This document shows positions 12,726 to 28,398 of a DNA stretch of 64,000 nucleotides, one piece after another. The DNA lies in the NCBI GenBank assembly GCA_027604505.1, contig JADIIX010000026.1, positions 62,001 to 126,000 of the forward strand, in the 5' to 3' direction. Under the pieces are notes generated by a model. That model made no database searches and had not been told where the DNA came from. It was given only the letters and a program-made list of their open reading frames with translations. The first letter of the stretch is position 1, and each line of letters starts with the position of its first letter. This DNA is from Gonapodya sp. JEL0774. Its lineage: Eukaryota. Made by a program: the position numbers and the translations under genes.

Positions 12726-14534
12726 ATGCTGCCTTCATCATTTGCTTCATTTACGTATCTTTCTCGCACTCATTCGACAAGGAAATGCCGCGATGCTGCC
12801 ATCGTATGTCGCCTGCCTCTCTCAAGGCACTCAAAAGGGTCCTGGCGACAACTATCGACACTACTTGGAGATTTGCATCATCCAGCACTCAATCGGCCTC
12901 CCGTGCGTGGAACCATTTGTTTCATCCGAACAAGCAAGCTGAAAAACAAGCGTGCTGAATATCCTTGTCGAATGCGAAGATTGCCTGCTATTTGTCGGCC
13001 ATCACGGATCCTTGGTACAATTTAGCCATTGAAGAATGGTAAGCTGGGGGTGCGCTCTGCGCTTGTCGTTTTTCATACAGATGTTACCCGGTTTGAAGGC
13101 TCTTTCGTCACACACCTCCGGAACAACGCGTGCTCCTTCTCTGGCGGAACGCCAAGAGCGTAATTCTGGGTAAGAATCAAAACCCTTGGAAAGAGGTTAA
13201 CATGGCCGCACTGGTAAAGGCGGGTGTGCCACTGGTCCGTAGGAGAAGTGGTGGTGGGACAGTGTATCATGTAAGAGTATTTACGATCATGCATCGGCAT
13301 ACGCTCATTGCATGCTACCGTGTTTGTTGACTCTAGGATATGGGCAATACAAATTACAGTCTCATGGTTCCGCGAGCAGATTTCACACGGAGCCATGGAG
13401 CAACAATGGTTGCTCGGGCGCTGCACAATCTGGACATTCCTGCTCAAGTCAATGACCGTTTCGATGTTGTGGTCGAAGTGAATCGTGAACCCAAGAAGAT
13501 AGGTTTCCGGGGATCTGGAATGTCTCAGCCTAGTGTCCCTGGACCGACGACATGTCCTCCCTCACATTTCAGGTTCGGCATACAAAATTGTGTCTCAGAG
13601 AGCGTATCACCATGGCACTATGCTTATTAATGCTGACTTGAGCGACTTGAGGTCATTCTTGAAAGTTCCGCAGGTTTGCAGTGCGCCTTTGGTTGAAAGG
13701 AAGCAGTAACCTGACCATGCCAATGCAGAAAAAGATAATCTCTAAAGGAATCGCATCCGTTCCCTCACCCGTTACCTCTCTTGCGTCCTTCTCTTTCACG
13801 GCAACTCACACTGCATTCTGTCACAGTCTAAGGAATGAGTTCTTGCGAGCTCATGATTACCTCGACCTTGTTCGGGGGGAAGAACAGTATGAGGACTCAA
13901 TGCCGGACTTAGCTTCTTGGAAGGTATTAAATGAAGATTCCGTGAAAGGATTTGTCGGATTGGACCAATATCTTGCCGAATCGAAGGTGGTTGGAATCAA
14001 ACTTCGATCTTTGTCCTAATCTAATGCGAATCTATATTCCGCAGGAATGGGAATGGACTTATGGTCTAACCCCACAATTTTCGCATGAAATCTCAAAGGA
14101 AATGGATTGGGGTGAAGTTGTACGTCGAACGAACTCCTGCAGGCGATATGAGGAGCCGATCTTACACATAACTTTGCTTGAAGACTCTGAAGTTTCACTC
14201 CAGGAACGGTAGAATAGAGGAATGCAATGTCTTAACTTGTCCACCCAGGTTGTTACCATTGGTAGAAGGGTTTGCCAGGTGCTGTCCAGGTTTGTTCTGC
14301 CAGCATTTTCGTGACATCGCTTCATCGCTGTATTTTCTAATTCTTTTCCGCCCTTTCCATTCTGAAGGTGTGCGCTACGACTATGCGGATGTGCGAGGAG
14401 CATTTGATTTTGCGGTCAGCAACTATTCAATGTCCGTGGTACGGGAGCATAGTGTAATGGGTCTCTCGAGAGAGGATGCCACAAGTATCAGAAGATTCAA
14501 GGAACTTCGTGATTATGTAGTGAACTCCTTATGA
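12726..14534 (+). CDS. Lipoate-protein ligase A (Aim22/Lip3-like) with a probable mitochondrial presequence
   Basis: DPWYNLAIEEW, LLLWRN..VILGKNQNPWKE, RRRSGGGTVYH|DMGNTNYS, (K)ISGSAYK, AYHHGTMLI, EWEWTYGLTPQF. The N-terminus is Arg/Ser-rich. Confidence 0.92.
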
Positions 14535-14614
14535 AGTATTGTGGCCGATGGTTGTCGAGTTGCGGACATATTTCACATTTGACGATGATCGCGAAACGAT
14601 TGGTCAACCCTTGA

Positions 14615-16834
<2,220 letters not shown>

Positions 16835-17330
16835 TGATTAGTGTTGATGTGAATATCTGCTCTGAGGTGTGAGATATCAATGTTCTAAGTCAATAAATAC
16901 AAAAGCACGTGAGAACAGAAAAGTGGCGCAGAGCCGGTTTCTGGGTGCACGTCACCCACGTCACCATAACTTCATTTCGGAAGCGATTACTCTTTGAAGA
17001 AGGACAAGAGAACCACGAGTGGGAGACAAAATAGGGTGAGCATCGTTAGCGAAAGGGCATCCCACGCTGGGATCCTTTTGTGGGCGGGTGGTGGTTTCGG
17101 AGATGTCCTTCTTGAAGTTTATCTTGATGCCAAGAGAAACGAGGGCTCGAGCTCCTATGAAAAGTCCGAAGAAGGTCTTTGGAGCTCTCCTCTCTGACTG
17201 TTTCTCGGGAGTTTCTCTCCGGATTCCTGTATACCCTTTGTTCAATGTGCCTGCTGCGCTTGTTTACGATTCTATTCACCCGCAAATTTATCTTGTCACC
17301 ATTCAAGTTACTTTCCACACTTGTGAAGTG

Positions 17331-20300
17331 ATGGGAGATTCTCCTCCGGTATCCAGTGGGGTTCTCAGGTCAAAAGAGTTCGACATGTCGTGCGGATTCT
17401 TGCGATCATTGTCGCATACGCAGGAAGGAGGGCCTGAGCAGGGCACAGACTCTGAAGCGATGCAAAATGATGCGGTAAGGCGCTATGACGAGAATCCAGA
17501 GTGGTTTGATGAGCCCCTCGGCAATGTCGCTTTCCATACTGGTCATGCATTCTTTGTAAGTGGAGTTTTCGTTCGCACCCATTTGTTGTCGATCTGATCC
17601 TACTTTCATTTTCAGGATGGTAGCAACAGCAATTACGAATATCAAGAACGTCAAGACTCAGCTCCGCGTGAAACCTTTGACTCTCATGATCTCGAGATGG
17701 AGGTGGACCAGCGGTCACCATCATATCAGAGGCTGAAACGACGAGATCAGCTCAATCACGCCTTTGATCGTTTCTCTGGCAACTTTGATGAGACTGCGTG
17801 GGAGTATTTGGGAGGCGCCAATGGACAAACTCAGGCCTGGCGGGACAATGGTGTGAAGAGTCAGACTTCCGAACAATTTCGGCGGTCCAACTCGCACCCC
17901 CTTCGATCGCCTTCTCCAGTCGCATCTTTCGGCGGATACGAGCTCTCTCCTTTGAATGATTTTCAAGGTAGTGTTGTGTAACTCAAACCTTTAGAACTAT
18001 CGCACCTGGATATTTATTTTGTCAATCAACTGGGCTCGCGAACGTAGGCGAGCGCACCGCTTACCGTCGTCCATCGTCACCTACGAGGCAAGCGTCTGAG
18101 GACGACTTTGGAGGCTCGTATATTGAGAGACGTGGCACACCAAGGCAATGGTCTTCCTTGCCCTCCCATTTCCCTCGACAACCTCATCAAGTGGACCGGA
18201 TTGGACAACCCTCACAAGCCTACTTAGCCCCATCACAAAATTTGGGAACCAATGGGAGTGCCAGGGGGCGGGTTTTGAGTCATCCTGGCGCTATACCTCT
18301 GGGACTTTCCCCCATGGGACACTCGATTGTGGAGCAGCGATATCTTGGAAGGTCATTTTTCGGCGAACAGCGGATTTTCGATCCTCAGATGGGCAATTTC
18401 TATGGACCCGCTCCTGGCATTCGTTCACAAATACCGTATGCTCAAAGTGGCTACTACGACTGGTACAATCGTCAATTTCAGTATCCGGGCCCATTCGTTG
18501 ATCAAGATCATCCGATGCGCGCCATACCGGGACTTCGCGTGGAACAAGGGATGGGGGGATCGTTTTCTTCCCCTCTTTATCCAGGAGTTGCACCAATCGC
18601 GCCAATGGCGGCATATGGGCATCCACAAGGCGACGACTTTGAGTACATAGTCATTCCCAAGAGAGCACTTGCATCCGCTCAGATTGTTCAACCGCCGTTA
18701 CTGGCTCGGAGGTTTACCACCGAAGACTTCGCGAGTGGCAGGGTTGTCTTGCGTGAGCCAATGCTTAGGACTGCGGAGAATCAATACGGTTTTAGGGGCC
18801 CAGATTCTAAAAATAAGAAGGTAACGTCGGAAGTTGCGCCGTAAATGGAACCTTGCTCATATTTCTTGTGTCCCTAGGCGGAGCTGTACAAAACCGAGCT
18901 TTGCCGGTCATGGGAGGAAACCGGAACTTGTCGTTATGGATCAAAGTGTCAGTTTGCGCATTCGGAAGGTGATAATGATCATTTACTGTCCCGATCGTTG
19001 GAGGGATCTCACGCTTCTCTTGACATTGCATTGCAGCCGAACTTCGAGCTGTTGAGCGTCACCCAAAATACAAGACAGAACTATGCAAGGTACAAATTAT
19101 GCAATTTTTTCTGCTAGTGTGACAGATAAGATCTTGACTCTTCGTGTCCCAGACATTTTGGGAATCCGGAACTTGCCCGTATGGCAAGCGTTGCTGTTTT
19201 ATTCATACTACGAAGGTTCGTGATCACGACTCATACCTTACAAGAACTATCTGTCATCTCGTGTACTTTTCTTTGGGTTTTTGGACCATAGGATCTCGAG
19301 AAGAAGGAAGACGGTGTGTGTTACAGTTCAAACTTTGATTTTGCCATATTCTCGAATGGATTGCACATTTTTTCTCAGACCTACAAAATAGCCGCATCAT
19401 CCTCAAAAAACCGGAGAAAAAGCGACTAGAGGACCAAGGCGGAGAACAAGCCCAAGCCACTTCTCATCATGGTATCCCAATCGATGACGAGCGAACAGTG
19501 AACATCATCGGACAGGCCGGCGTGGAGGAGCTCCGTCAACAGCTTAGAGAACTTCGTGAGCGTGAACGTGAGCGAGAAAGACAGCGGGAGCTTGCCGCGC
19601 ATGTGTCCGGAGTGCAAGACGCAACATTTTATGGGGATTCCATGGATTTTGCGTGAGTTGGCCCAAATGCGCAAGTTTTAGTGGTTTCAAAAAAGTAATA
19701 ATATGCTCATGGCGAATGTCAGCGGTCTGAATCCCGTGGTGATGCCAATGCAAATTGATTCGAGGCCGACTAGCTTCGAGACGGCCCCTGTCCAATCCAG
19801 TCCGTTCTCTTATTCGAACCGACCTCCAAACCGACTTCCAAACCGACCGGAACAATATGATCCCGCAAAACTGTTAAGCAGTTCTGAGTATAGCTCGTCA
19901 CGAAGTCTCGCGAGTCTAGCTACCGGGGCTTCGCCATCAGTTGATACTGGGTCTCCTCGTAGTTTGATGGAACAGAAAATGTTCCATCTGGGAGGGGCCA
20001 GACCGTTGTTTGGTGAGCATGTCATCTAATTTTCTGCAGCACTTTATCTTTTCAGTAAATCTTTTTTGCTGTTCAGATCCAATGAGGAACGAAGACGACG
20101 ATAATCCGTTAGACGATGTCAACAAGCTGCTGGGCTCAGCAATCAAGTTGAGCGAAGATCGGGCATACCGTTACCCACCGACGCCGAGCCCATCATCCCC
20201 CACGATTATCTCCCGTACCACGATGACCGTCGGCAACGGCAGTCATGGGGGATTGACAATGCCAATTACACCTAGATCTTCACCACCGTTCGACTATACA

Positions 20301-20549
20301 AAACGCCAATATTCCGGCAATGCGATCGGAACTGGTCGGAGCAAACGTGACACAAAAGAGACATCTCCAGATTCTCCATGCCCTCCATTGAGGCATCATC
20401 GGGAGGGTAGTCTCAGCCTTTCAGAAGTTTTTAGGGTTGGCGCGCAGTTGAACACAGAGGGGAACATGGATCAACAGACAGAAGATAAACCCGCCGTGAA
20501 GCAGAAAGACGAAGACGAATACGAAAATATGAGAGTCGACAACACGTGA
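17331..20549 (+). CDS. Tandem CCCH zinc-finger ARE-binding protein (TIS11/TTP/Cth/Zfs1 family); start uncertain
   Basis: Spliced [65 protein letters not shown] at about 18880-19210, flanked by low-complexity exons. Confidence 0.88.
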
Positions 20550-20828
20550 TAGTGGAAGCCTTTGTTTTGTTGCGCATGCTCGCAATGCATCAATGTGATA
20601 TTTTGAGCCTTGGGAGCTCTATCCAAGGATCTGTAAGGGCGTTAATATCCCGTAATAATTCATGTATTAGTTCTTTGCAATCTTGTCTAGTTTTTTTTCA
20701 TGAAAAATGGAGAATAAAAGCGATTATTTTCTCTTTGTGTGCTCGCTCGGTTGGTAAGAACCAAGTCTTCAATGGTCAACACATCATTCATTGAACCAGT
20801 AAGCTCAGCTACAAATTACACCCCACGT

Positions 20829-22163
20829 TTATATGCCCTCATCAAATGTTTCAAAGTGGGCGCCCACCATTTCGTCCTGAAAGTGTCCATTAGTTGAATC
20901 GGATCAATTCAATAAGCCCCGGTATTGAAGCTCACGGTGTCAATTCCACTTTCCTCTGCCACGTCCTCCTTTCTCATTCTACCACCACCCTCCCTCTCTG
21001 CTCCGCAGGCATCTGCGATGTCGACAACGGCATTCAACAAAACTCGGCAGAGTCGGCGTCTCTTAGCCCAGAAAGATTTATACTTTGCGAGGGAACCATC
21101 AACGCGACTCATGTCGGCTTTACTAATAGGCTGCGATTGTGAGCGAAGAATGGCGAGACGCCTGCGATGGAGAGAAGACTGCGCGAAGGAGGGTGTGAGA
21201 AAAATGGTACAGACCTCCCAGTGACGATACCGCACCTCTGCACGATATTTCTGAGATAGTTGGAAAGCATGATGGTCACTTTTTGAGTCGAGCGTGTCCA
21301 ATGGCAAAAAATTACCTCTGCTTTTCTGATCGCATCCTCTGTTGTGGGTGTTGCTGTGAGGTGTCCCAATTGTTTCTCTCGAACCTTCACAGCTTCCTTG
21401 GATGCTGCTAGCTGCTCCTTGAGGGAATCTATCTGGTTGTCCAGCGCTTCAAGCTGTGTTTAGGAGGGGATTATTGTGACCCGGCATGGGCACGTGGAAA
21501 CTGTCAGTCTTGTTCACACCTCTAACGAACCTGCTCTGCAGAAGGGCACTCAAGTTCATCTTGATTGCGGACATAAACTTGAGTTTTTCCGTAAGTTTTG
21601 CACGTGATCTGCACCGAAGGAGGAAGTTAGTTACCATGGTCGGCAAAGAGAAATTGTTAGTCAACAATCACTTTCCCAGTTTCGGCAAGCAGCTGAAGTA
21701 TTTTCTTGACTTGTGTTAGTGCTATTGTGCCGTGTAGATTGTTGCATACGTCGGCTTAGTTGGCATTTCCGGACGCAGCGGTAGGAGGTGCATTTTGACC
21801 AAATTGGAGGGTCAAGGATTAGGCAACAGGCGATCCAACAAGAATCAGCCACGAATAAGATTTCGCTACGTAGAAAGCTCGTTTTCGCCCTCACTGGTGC
21901 CATAGGGACGCTGAAAAGAGATTGATTTCAAGAATATTCTTTTCCGAACGACACCTTTCCCTCTCAACTCACGTTCTCTGCTTTCAGATATTCTAAAATG
22001 CGAGTTTCAGCTTCCACGCCAGAAGAAATGCCCGAATGGATTCAAATCAGGGATTTTGAAGATTACAGGACGAACGTGATTGTTTCAAGGCACCTTCATC
22101 ACCCTTAATCTGGGGCGTCTTTTCTCTTGAAACAGCGGTCTTTTCCTTGGTTGGCTTGCCCAT
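20829..22163 (-). CDS. HOP2: Meiotic homologous-pairing protein HOP2 (PSMC3IP/TBPIP)
   Basis: Spliced MGKPTKEK...KGDE|..EAETRILEYLKAEN|RPYGTTDVCNNLHG..KKILQLLAETGK|ITCKTYGKTQVYVRNQ, a coiled coil, FWAKRRRLC and EESGIDT|DE. Confidence 0.85.
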
Positions 22164-22463
22164 TGCGGGAATGATCGGATCTGAAATGTCCAAATCGCTA
22201 AAGTGATTACTTCATTGACGAGGCTATACAAAATAATGAGTCATACTTCCCACAGGGACTCGTCTATTCATAATTTCATACGCGCGTAAACACTTCTGAG
22301 TCGAGAACGCGAAATTTTTACCCACAGAAGTTGAAGTAAGTGCGGCAGACAAAAGAACGGAGACGAAATGCCACAACAAGAGCTGCAGGTCAGGTGCAGC
22401 ACACCATTTACCATTTCCAAAGAGAATCCTTTCATTAAATAATTTTTTGTACAACATCAGTAC

Positions 22464-23880
22464 CTAATCCTCTGAAAGCTTCACGATTGTCTTGTCGGGA
22501 CCGCCAGGAGCGGAGAGCAAGCCAGAGCATTTCTGTCCCAGCCAGGTCCAGCTTCCCTTCAAAAAGGCGGCAATACTACTTGTCCCCACAGTTGTCGCAA
22601 CAGGAGCCGTTGCCAGCTTATCCTTCTCCGCAGGCGGTACTTCGTCCTCGGTTTGCATCTTGTTTGCTCCATACACCACAGCTGCAAGGCCAGCAATAAA
22701 CGCAGCAACAAACTGGACAACCTCCCATGTCTTCGCGTCATCAAGCTCGCTGAAAACAATCGCAGACGAAACTACAGAGACGCTATTGTGAGTGGCATAG
22801 AGGGCTGGCTGAAAACGTGTCAGTGGGAAACGAGAAAGTGCTTGCTGTCTGAAGAGCTCCTGAAGGAGGAGTGAGAGCATGAGGTATATGATTGTGGTGG
22901 AATAAGAGAACGTTGACAATAGAGATGACTGAGATGCTGCACGGAATTCCGTAACATTTCCCATGGAAGAGAAATCGCTCAAAGTGCTGATCCCCGACTG
23001 TAGTTCAATCGCACGAGACATGGTTGCTATCGTCTTCGAAGAAACGACGGTGACGCCACCAAACACAGCAACCATCAGGCAGAATACCTCGATTCGCTCA
23101 TAGCCGGCGATGAACGCCAACCAGATGAGGATAACAGCCAGCGACAAACACAAGGAAACATACAGTGAGAAACGTCCATCAAGAGAAGTGGCAACCCGAA
23201 GGATTTTGGTCGGTGTTGCGGACAATCGCGCAGATTGCGGGACAGAGAGAAGTATGGTCACTGGAAGCAAGTTTGGCAGGGGTTGGCTCGTGTACAATTC
23301 AGGAAGCGCCAATAAATGAACACTCACATACACCAACGGCAACCCATAGTATTGCCACTCTTTGTTTTGATCCCACGAGCTCACCAAGTAGCTTTTCTCC
23401 AAGGAAACTACCCACAACAACGCTGACTATTCCCAGAGGGGCGACAAAAGCTGGTGACGTATCGAACACCGTCAATGAGAACCAGTTTGAAAGTTCTCCA
23501 ACGACGGCAAGGATGATGCCCAAAAGCCATATAGGGTCCTTATAGCGCGGCTTAGGCCCTGCTGGTATGGAAGCTGACTTCAACTGGTCCTTTTTATTGG
23601 GTCTAACCTCCATTCCTACTGAACCCTCCGATGGGGCCTTACGATGAAGTTGCCGAGCTCCTTCACTCATCACTGTGGATGACGCGTGTGTAAAAGCAGG
23701 CGCGATGCCAATACTTCCCGAAATCGTGCGGCGGTTGGTGACGGGGAGGATGCTTGGACTGCTCTTTCTCAGCCCTGCGTAGCTCCGAGCGAGTCGGTTG
23801 ATAGCCATCTTCTGTAGGGTCTGACCAGCGCCAATCAAGCAGTTGCCGGCCAGCGCGACGAGGATACCGGCTGCGCTCAT
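22464..23880 (-). CDS. NIPA/DUF803-family putative Mg2+ transporter
   Basis: GILVALAGNCLIGAGQTLQK, PRYKDPIWLLGIILAVVGELSNW, SPAFVAPLG, multiple TM segments and QQALSRF..FQPALYAT; one intron near 23260-23330. Confidence 0.8.
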
Positions 23881-24240
23881 GTTTGTTATGTACTATTGAA
23901 CAATGAGGCAACCACTAAACTTCCAAACTTACATCAAATTAGATTCAAGTTTTAACGGTACAGAACACTAGATATTGGTCTGTTCTTGCTTGAAATGAAT
24001 GACTTATTAGCATGCCCATTTCATTACTACTGAGTGCCCAGAGGAACTGCGATTACCATGGGTTCCATGATGTTCACGGTATATCGGGAAAAAGAGGTTA
24101 AAACCATCAGAAACTGATAATTGAATGCAGTTTCGACTGCACGTCAGAGTTGCGCAAAAGCCGAATTACAATGTGTACAGCAGATGTGGTAGTTGGTGGC
24201 ACCACACGGCATATCTGATATCTGCTGTTCATTCAAATCA

Positions 24241-26332
24241 ATGAGCGCACCACCCGCTGACCCCCAACCGTCGCCACCACCCGCCTCTTCCCAGCCGCAT
24301 GCTCTTCCTCTCCCCGCCCTTCCCTCGCCCGCGCCCGCCGTACTCCCCGGGTCTCCAACCAACAACCCCGGTGACCATCTCCACATCGCTTTATCAAACA
24401 CTCCAGACCAAAATCCCCCCGGCCCCGGTCCCTCTCAGCCAACTGCTTTTGGACTTGCTCCCTTTTCCCAGTCAGCAAACGGAAACCCGGCAAATCCCGT
24501 AACAACTGTACTCCCCGTTGTCTCCCTCAAGCTTATTCCCTATGTCGATGCCGCACGACCATCGCACGTTCCATTTCAATTTGACGTCATTGATCGAGAG
24601 CTTTTTGAGGGAGTGGTTGTTAAAATCGGCCGACAAGTGAACAAGGGCAATGGCCCCAACCCCCTCAACTCTTTACAGGCGAACAAGGACTGTATCTGGT
24701 TCAAGTCGAAGGTTGTCTCCAGGAATCATGCTGAAATGTGGGCGAAAGACGGTCAGGCGAGTTCTCGCCTATTTGACGGGCCCTTGCATGAAGTGTTTCG
24801 TGGATCGCTGAGTCTCCCCCCCTGCCCATCTGCGCACGGATGATCGCCCAATATCGATCTCAATGATTAGGTGAGCATCTGGTCAGGGTGCTCAATAATT
24901 ATTTCGAGGTTGTTCCAGGATCGTTAATGTGGATCCACCGATTCGGGGTCAGTCGCACCCTCACACATTATATCTGGAGACACTTGGACTCCTGTAACCA
25001 GCTCATGGAGCATTCACTGAATTAATGCATCATACTCTCCTCACACTTTATCTCCACCCCATCCGCACCTGTCTAGGTGTATCTGAAAGACACTGCCTCA
25101 TCCTCCGGAACCTTTCTCAACCACCTGCGCCTCTCCCCCTCCGCAAAAGAGTCTCGCCCTTATCCACTGAAAGACGGGGACGTAATTCAACTCGGTATTG
25201 ACTACCAGGGAAGACAGGAGGACATGTATAAGTGCGTGGTTATGAAGGTGCAACTTACCAACAGAACCGTCGTTCAGCATAGAAGGAAAGCGAACGTAAC
25301 ACTGTAAGTTGAGATCGCTTTATGGAACGGGGCTGGGTGGATGGGGACTGGGGAGCGGGGTTGCGAGGTTGTGCGTGTTGCGAGAAAACACTTGGCGTGC
25401 AGGAGGAAGGAGCTCTCATTCATCTACACTGCCTGCAATTACTGTTCTTCTAATGGAGGAGCGGATGGTTGTGCTCATTCGGAGATTTGCTAGTGGTGTA
25501 TTTCCTTTGCACGTCAGTGGTTTACCGTTGCACACTGCCGTCCTTCCCCAGGTTTCGTGCAGCACTCCGCGCTCTCCTCAACGCCACCAATCCCTACGCC
25601 ACCTCCCACACTCCCGGCTCCCCGTCCACCACCACCGCTGGCCCCAACCCCACCCGGACATCCGCTTCCGTCGACTGCTGTATTTGCCTCTGTGCTATCG
25701 GACCTTTCCAAGCACTCTTTGTTGCGCCATGCTCACACTGCTACCACTATAAGTGCGTCCAACCATTGCTTAACCAAGGCGCGATGTTCCAGTGCGCACT
25801 TTGCCGACAAGTCGCGAACCTTGCTGCGAGTGTGAGCATGGATTCTCTGGCTGAACTTGGAAAGGAGGAAGAGGACGAGATGGAGCGGGAGCTCATGAAG
25901 GAGATGGGATTCGAGGGGTGGGGAGCACCCGTTCCGAATGGTCCCGCGGCAATGGACGTGGTAGCACAGGTGAATGTGCCTGGCTCGGCTGCGGCAACTG
26001 CTGCGGCTCGTCCCCCTGCTGGAGTCCCACCACAGAGTCCTAACGACGACTCCTCTGATGGTGAAGGAGGTGACGCGAGTGGTGATGGTGAGGGAGGGCG
26101 GGCAACTACGCCGACTGGGAGGGTAGCGAGACGGCCCGCCGAAGAAGGGAGGCGAACGGTTGTGAACTCTACCGAGGGTCTGGAGGGAGGGAGAGTGAGC
26201 GATCCCGAAACTGATGGGGAAGGAATTGTGAACGCAAGAAGGCGGGCAGGGACGAGTCCCGATGGAGACAACGGGGCGGGGGGAGCGGTCGAGGGAGATC
26301 ACATGGATTTAGATGGCGACGGAGGGAGGTAG
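24241..26332 (+). CDS. DMA1: FHA-RING E3 ubiquitin ligase Dma1/CHFR-like
   Basis: FHA domain KIGR..FKSKVVSRNHAEMW..|VYLKDTASSSGTFLNHLRLS..LKDGDVIQLGIDY; RING domain DCCICLCAIGPFQALFVAPCSHCYHYKC...FQCALCR. Confidence 0.9.
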
Positions 26333-26862
26333 CAATTCTGTTTGGTGAAGATCATTCAGAGTAATCTGGAGCACTTTCACGGGAAGTTTATTTGAGATCT
26401 AGTTCGTCTCTAGGACTTTGAATCATGAATACCTGGTGTTATTGGTGAATCGTGTGTTTGCCATGCGAGAATGATAAATGCCGTCTGGTGGCCTCGAGTT
26501 GGCTTGGCAGACATTCATCTCGACAACAGATCACGTTGAGGATCAACTCGTGCAATCCTTCTGAGCGTCATCGATTCTCCGCGAAGCATGGACGCACTCT
26601 CACTTTGGTTCACAAGGCCGCCTGCAGTGCACTGACTAAACACTTAGTATTATCAGTTTGTCAACCGGAGTAAGCTTACATCTGTGACTTCTGACGAATT
26701 TTTTAGTCTTCCGTCGTCAGCTGTGAATCCCTCGGGCTTCCATCTTACAGTATCGCTAAAGATTCGCATGGAGAATGCACGAGTTAACTAAGGTAATGCG
26801 GGGCGGTGATCTCTACGTGTACATATTATTCAACATAAAAGAATAGGAAAGTATCTCTATCA

Positions 26863-28398
26863 TTAGGCAATACTCAAGAACTTCTCCACAAGTTCGGCGA
26901 GCTTCGCTGGTTCCTCATCAGGAACGAAATGGCCGACTCCCTTCAAAATCTCGACTGTAACATTAGGAACGTAATCTTCGATGCCGTACAGGCAAGTTTG
27001 CATGTCGAGAGCCACGTCATTCTCTCCCCAAACCACGAGTGTGGTGACGTCAAGTTTTGGTGGCCGGGGGAACAGTTGCCCAACCCCACCGTTCAAATTT
27101 GCTCGGTACTTTGACGGACGGCAGAAAAGAGTTCAGAATGAACCGGAACAGAGACTATAGGTGAGGGCAGGAGCGTAGGTATAAAATGGTCGATTTGCAA
27201 GAACTCACGAAATCAATCGCGGCCGTCATTCGCCCTTCACGAGTCATGGCGTAGCGATAAACGTCGGCATCCTCTTGTGTTATATTTCGAATGTCTTTGA
27301 CCAAATTCTCGATTCCAATGGCGTCGTTTGCGGTCAGGGCCTTGTCTGCCACCCCGGGGAATTGGAACCAGACCACATCTTGGGGAAAATTTCGGTTTTA
27401 GTGCTCGCAAGATCAGCAGGGTATCTCAGACACCAAACTTACACCACGACTTGATCATCTGGCGCAGAGTCATGTTCCTTTCAAACGCGGTCGGCGGAGG
27501 AACATTTACGATGATCATCCTGGACAAAACGTGTTGATAGCGAGGGGCAAAGTCCCAAACAACGAGCGCTCCCTTCAAACACGATATAAGAAGATACGGG
27601 GAGCGCTTCCAAGTGTGAGGTGCACTCACCCAATCATGACCTCCGAGAACAAACTTGGTGTCTTTGTCGTTCCCTACTTCGACTTGTAAAATCTCAGCCA
27701 ATTCTTTGACATCAGCGGTTAAGTGGTTTAGATTGTAGGCAGCCACATCTTTCGGTGCATCTGAACCGCCGTATCCGCGCATATCCAGTGCCACTACTCT
27801 GTGAGTGCGCGACAAAGTAGGCATGACTGGGCGCCAGATAGTCCAGTTCTGCGGGAATCTGTTCGAGCGAGTTCCAATGATCAGCTGGTATTGGAATGAT
27901 TGATGGGGAACAATACGAGCTCACCCGTGAAGAAGGATCATAAGAGGGGATTTCTTGTCACCAGCTTCCACGATATGCAACTTCAATCCCGCTTTTATGG
28001 GGATGTACCTAAGGGAACACAATTGCTGAGGAACTTTTATGCCCAGAGCGATACAAGCTGAACACACCTGTGCTTCCCCACGGTTTCATCCTCCAGAAGA
28101 CGAAACTCGGCGGCCCGTTTTCTCTCTTCAGACATCAGTAAGTCTTTGGGGGAAACTTTCTTCCCCCAGCCAGTGAACGCGCCAACTACAGCACCCCTAT
28201 AGATCATTGGATATGAATTCAATGCTCTTCGACATCGAGAGAACGCAGTAATAAAAACCTCAGTAGCATAGTAAAGACGATTCCCAGAAAGACACTGATC
28301 CTGATCGGTGTAAAGGAAACCAGCTTTCGAAACACCTTCTCCCATAGAGTGGGTGGCGGGAACACCTCCTTCGAAGAGAATTTCGACAGTGAGGCCAT
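26863..28398 (-). CDS. Alpha/beta hydrolase, epoxide hydrolase (EPHX3/4-like) with an N-terminal hydrophobic segment
   Basis: LHIVEAGDKKSPLMILLHG, VVALDMRGYGGSDAP, GHDW|GALVVW, TLVVWGENDVAL, GVGHFVPDEEP. Confidence 0.88.

Noticed and set aside
20550..20828. Autoregulatory AU-rich elements in the CCCH gene 3' UTR
   Set aside because: No UAUUUAU core was found there.
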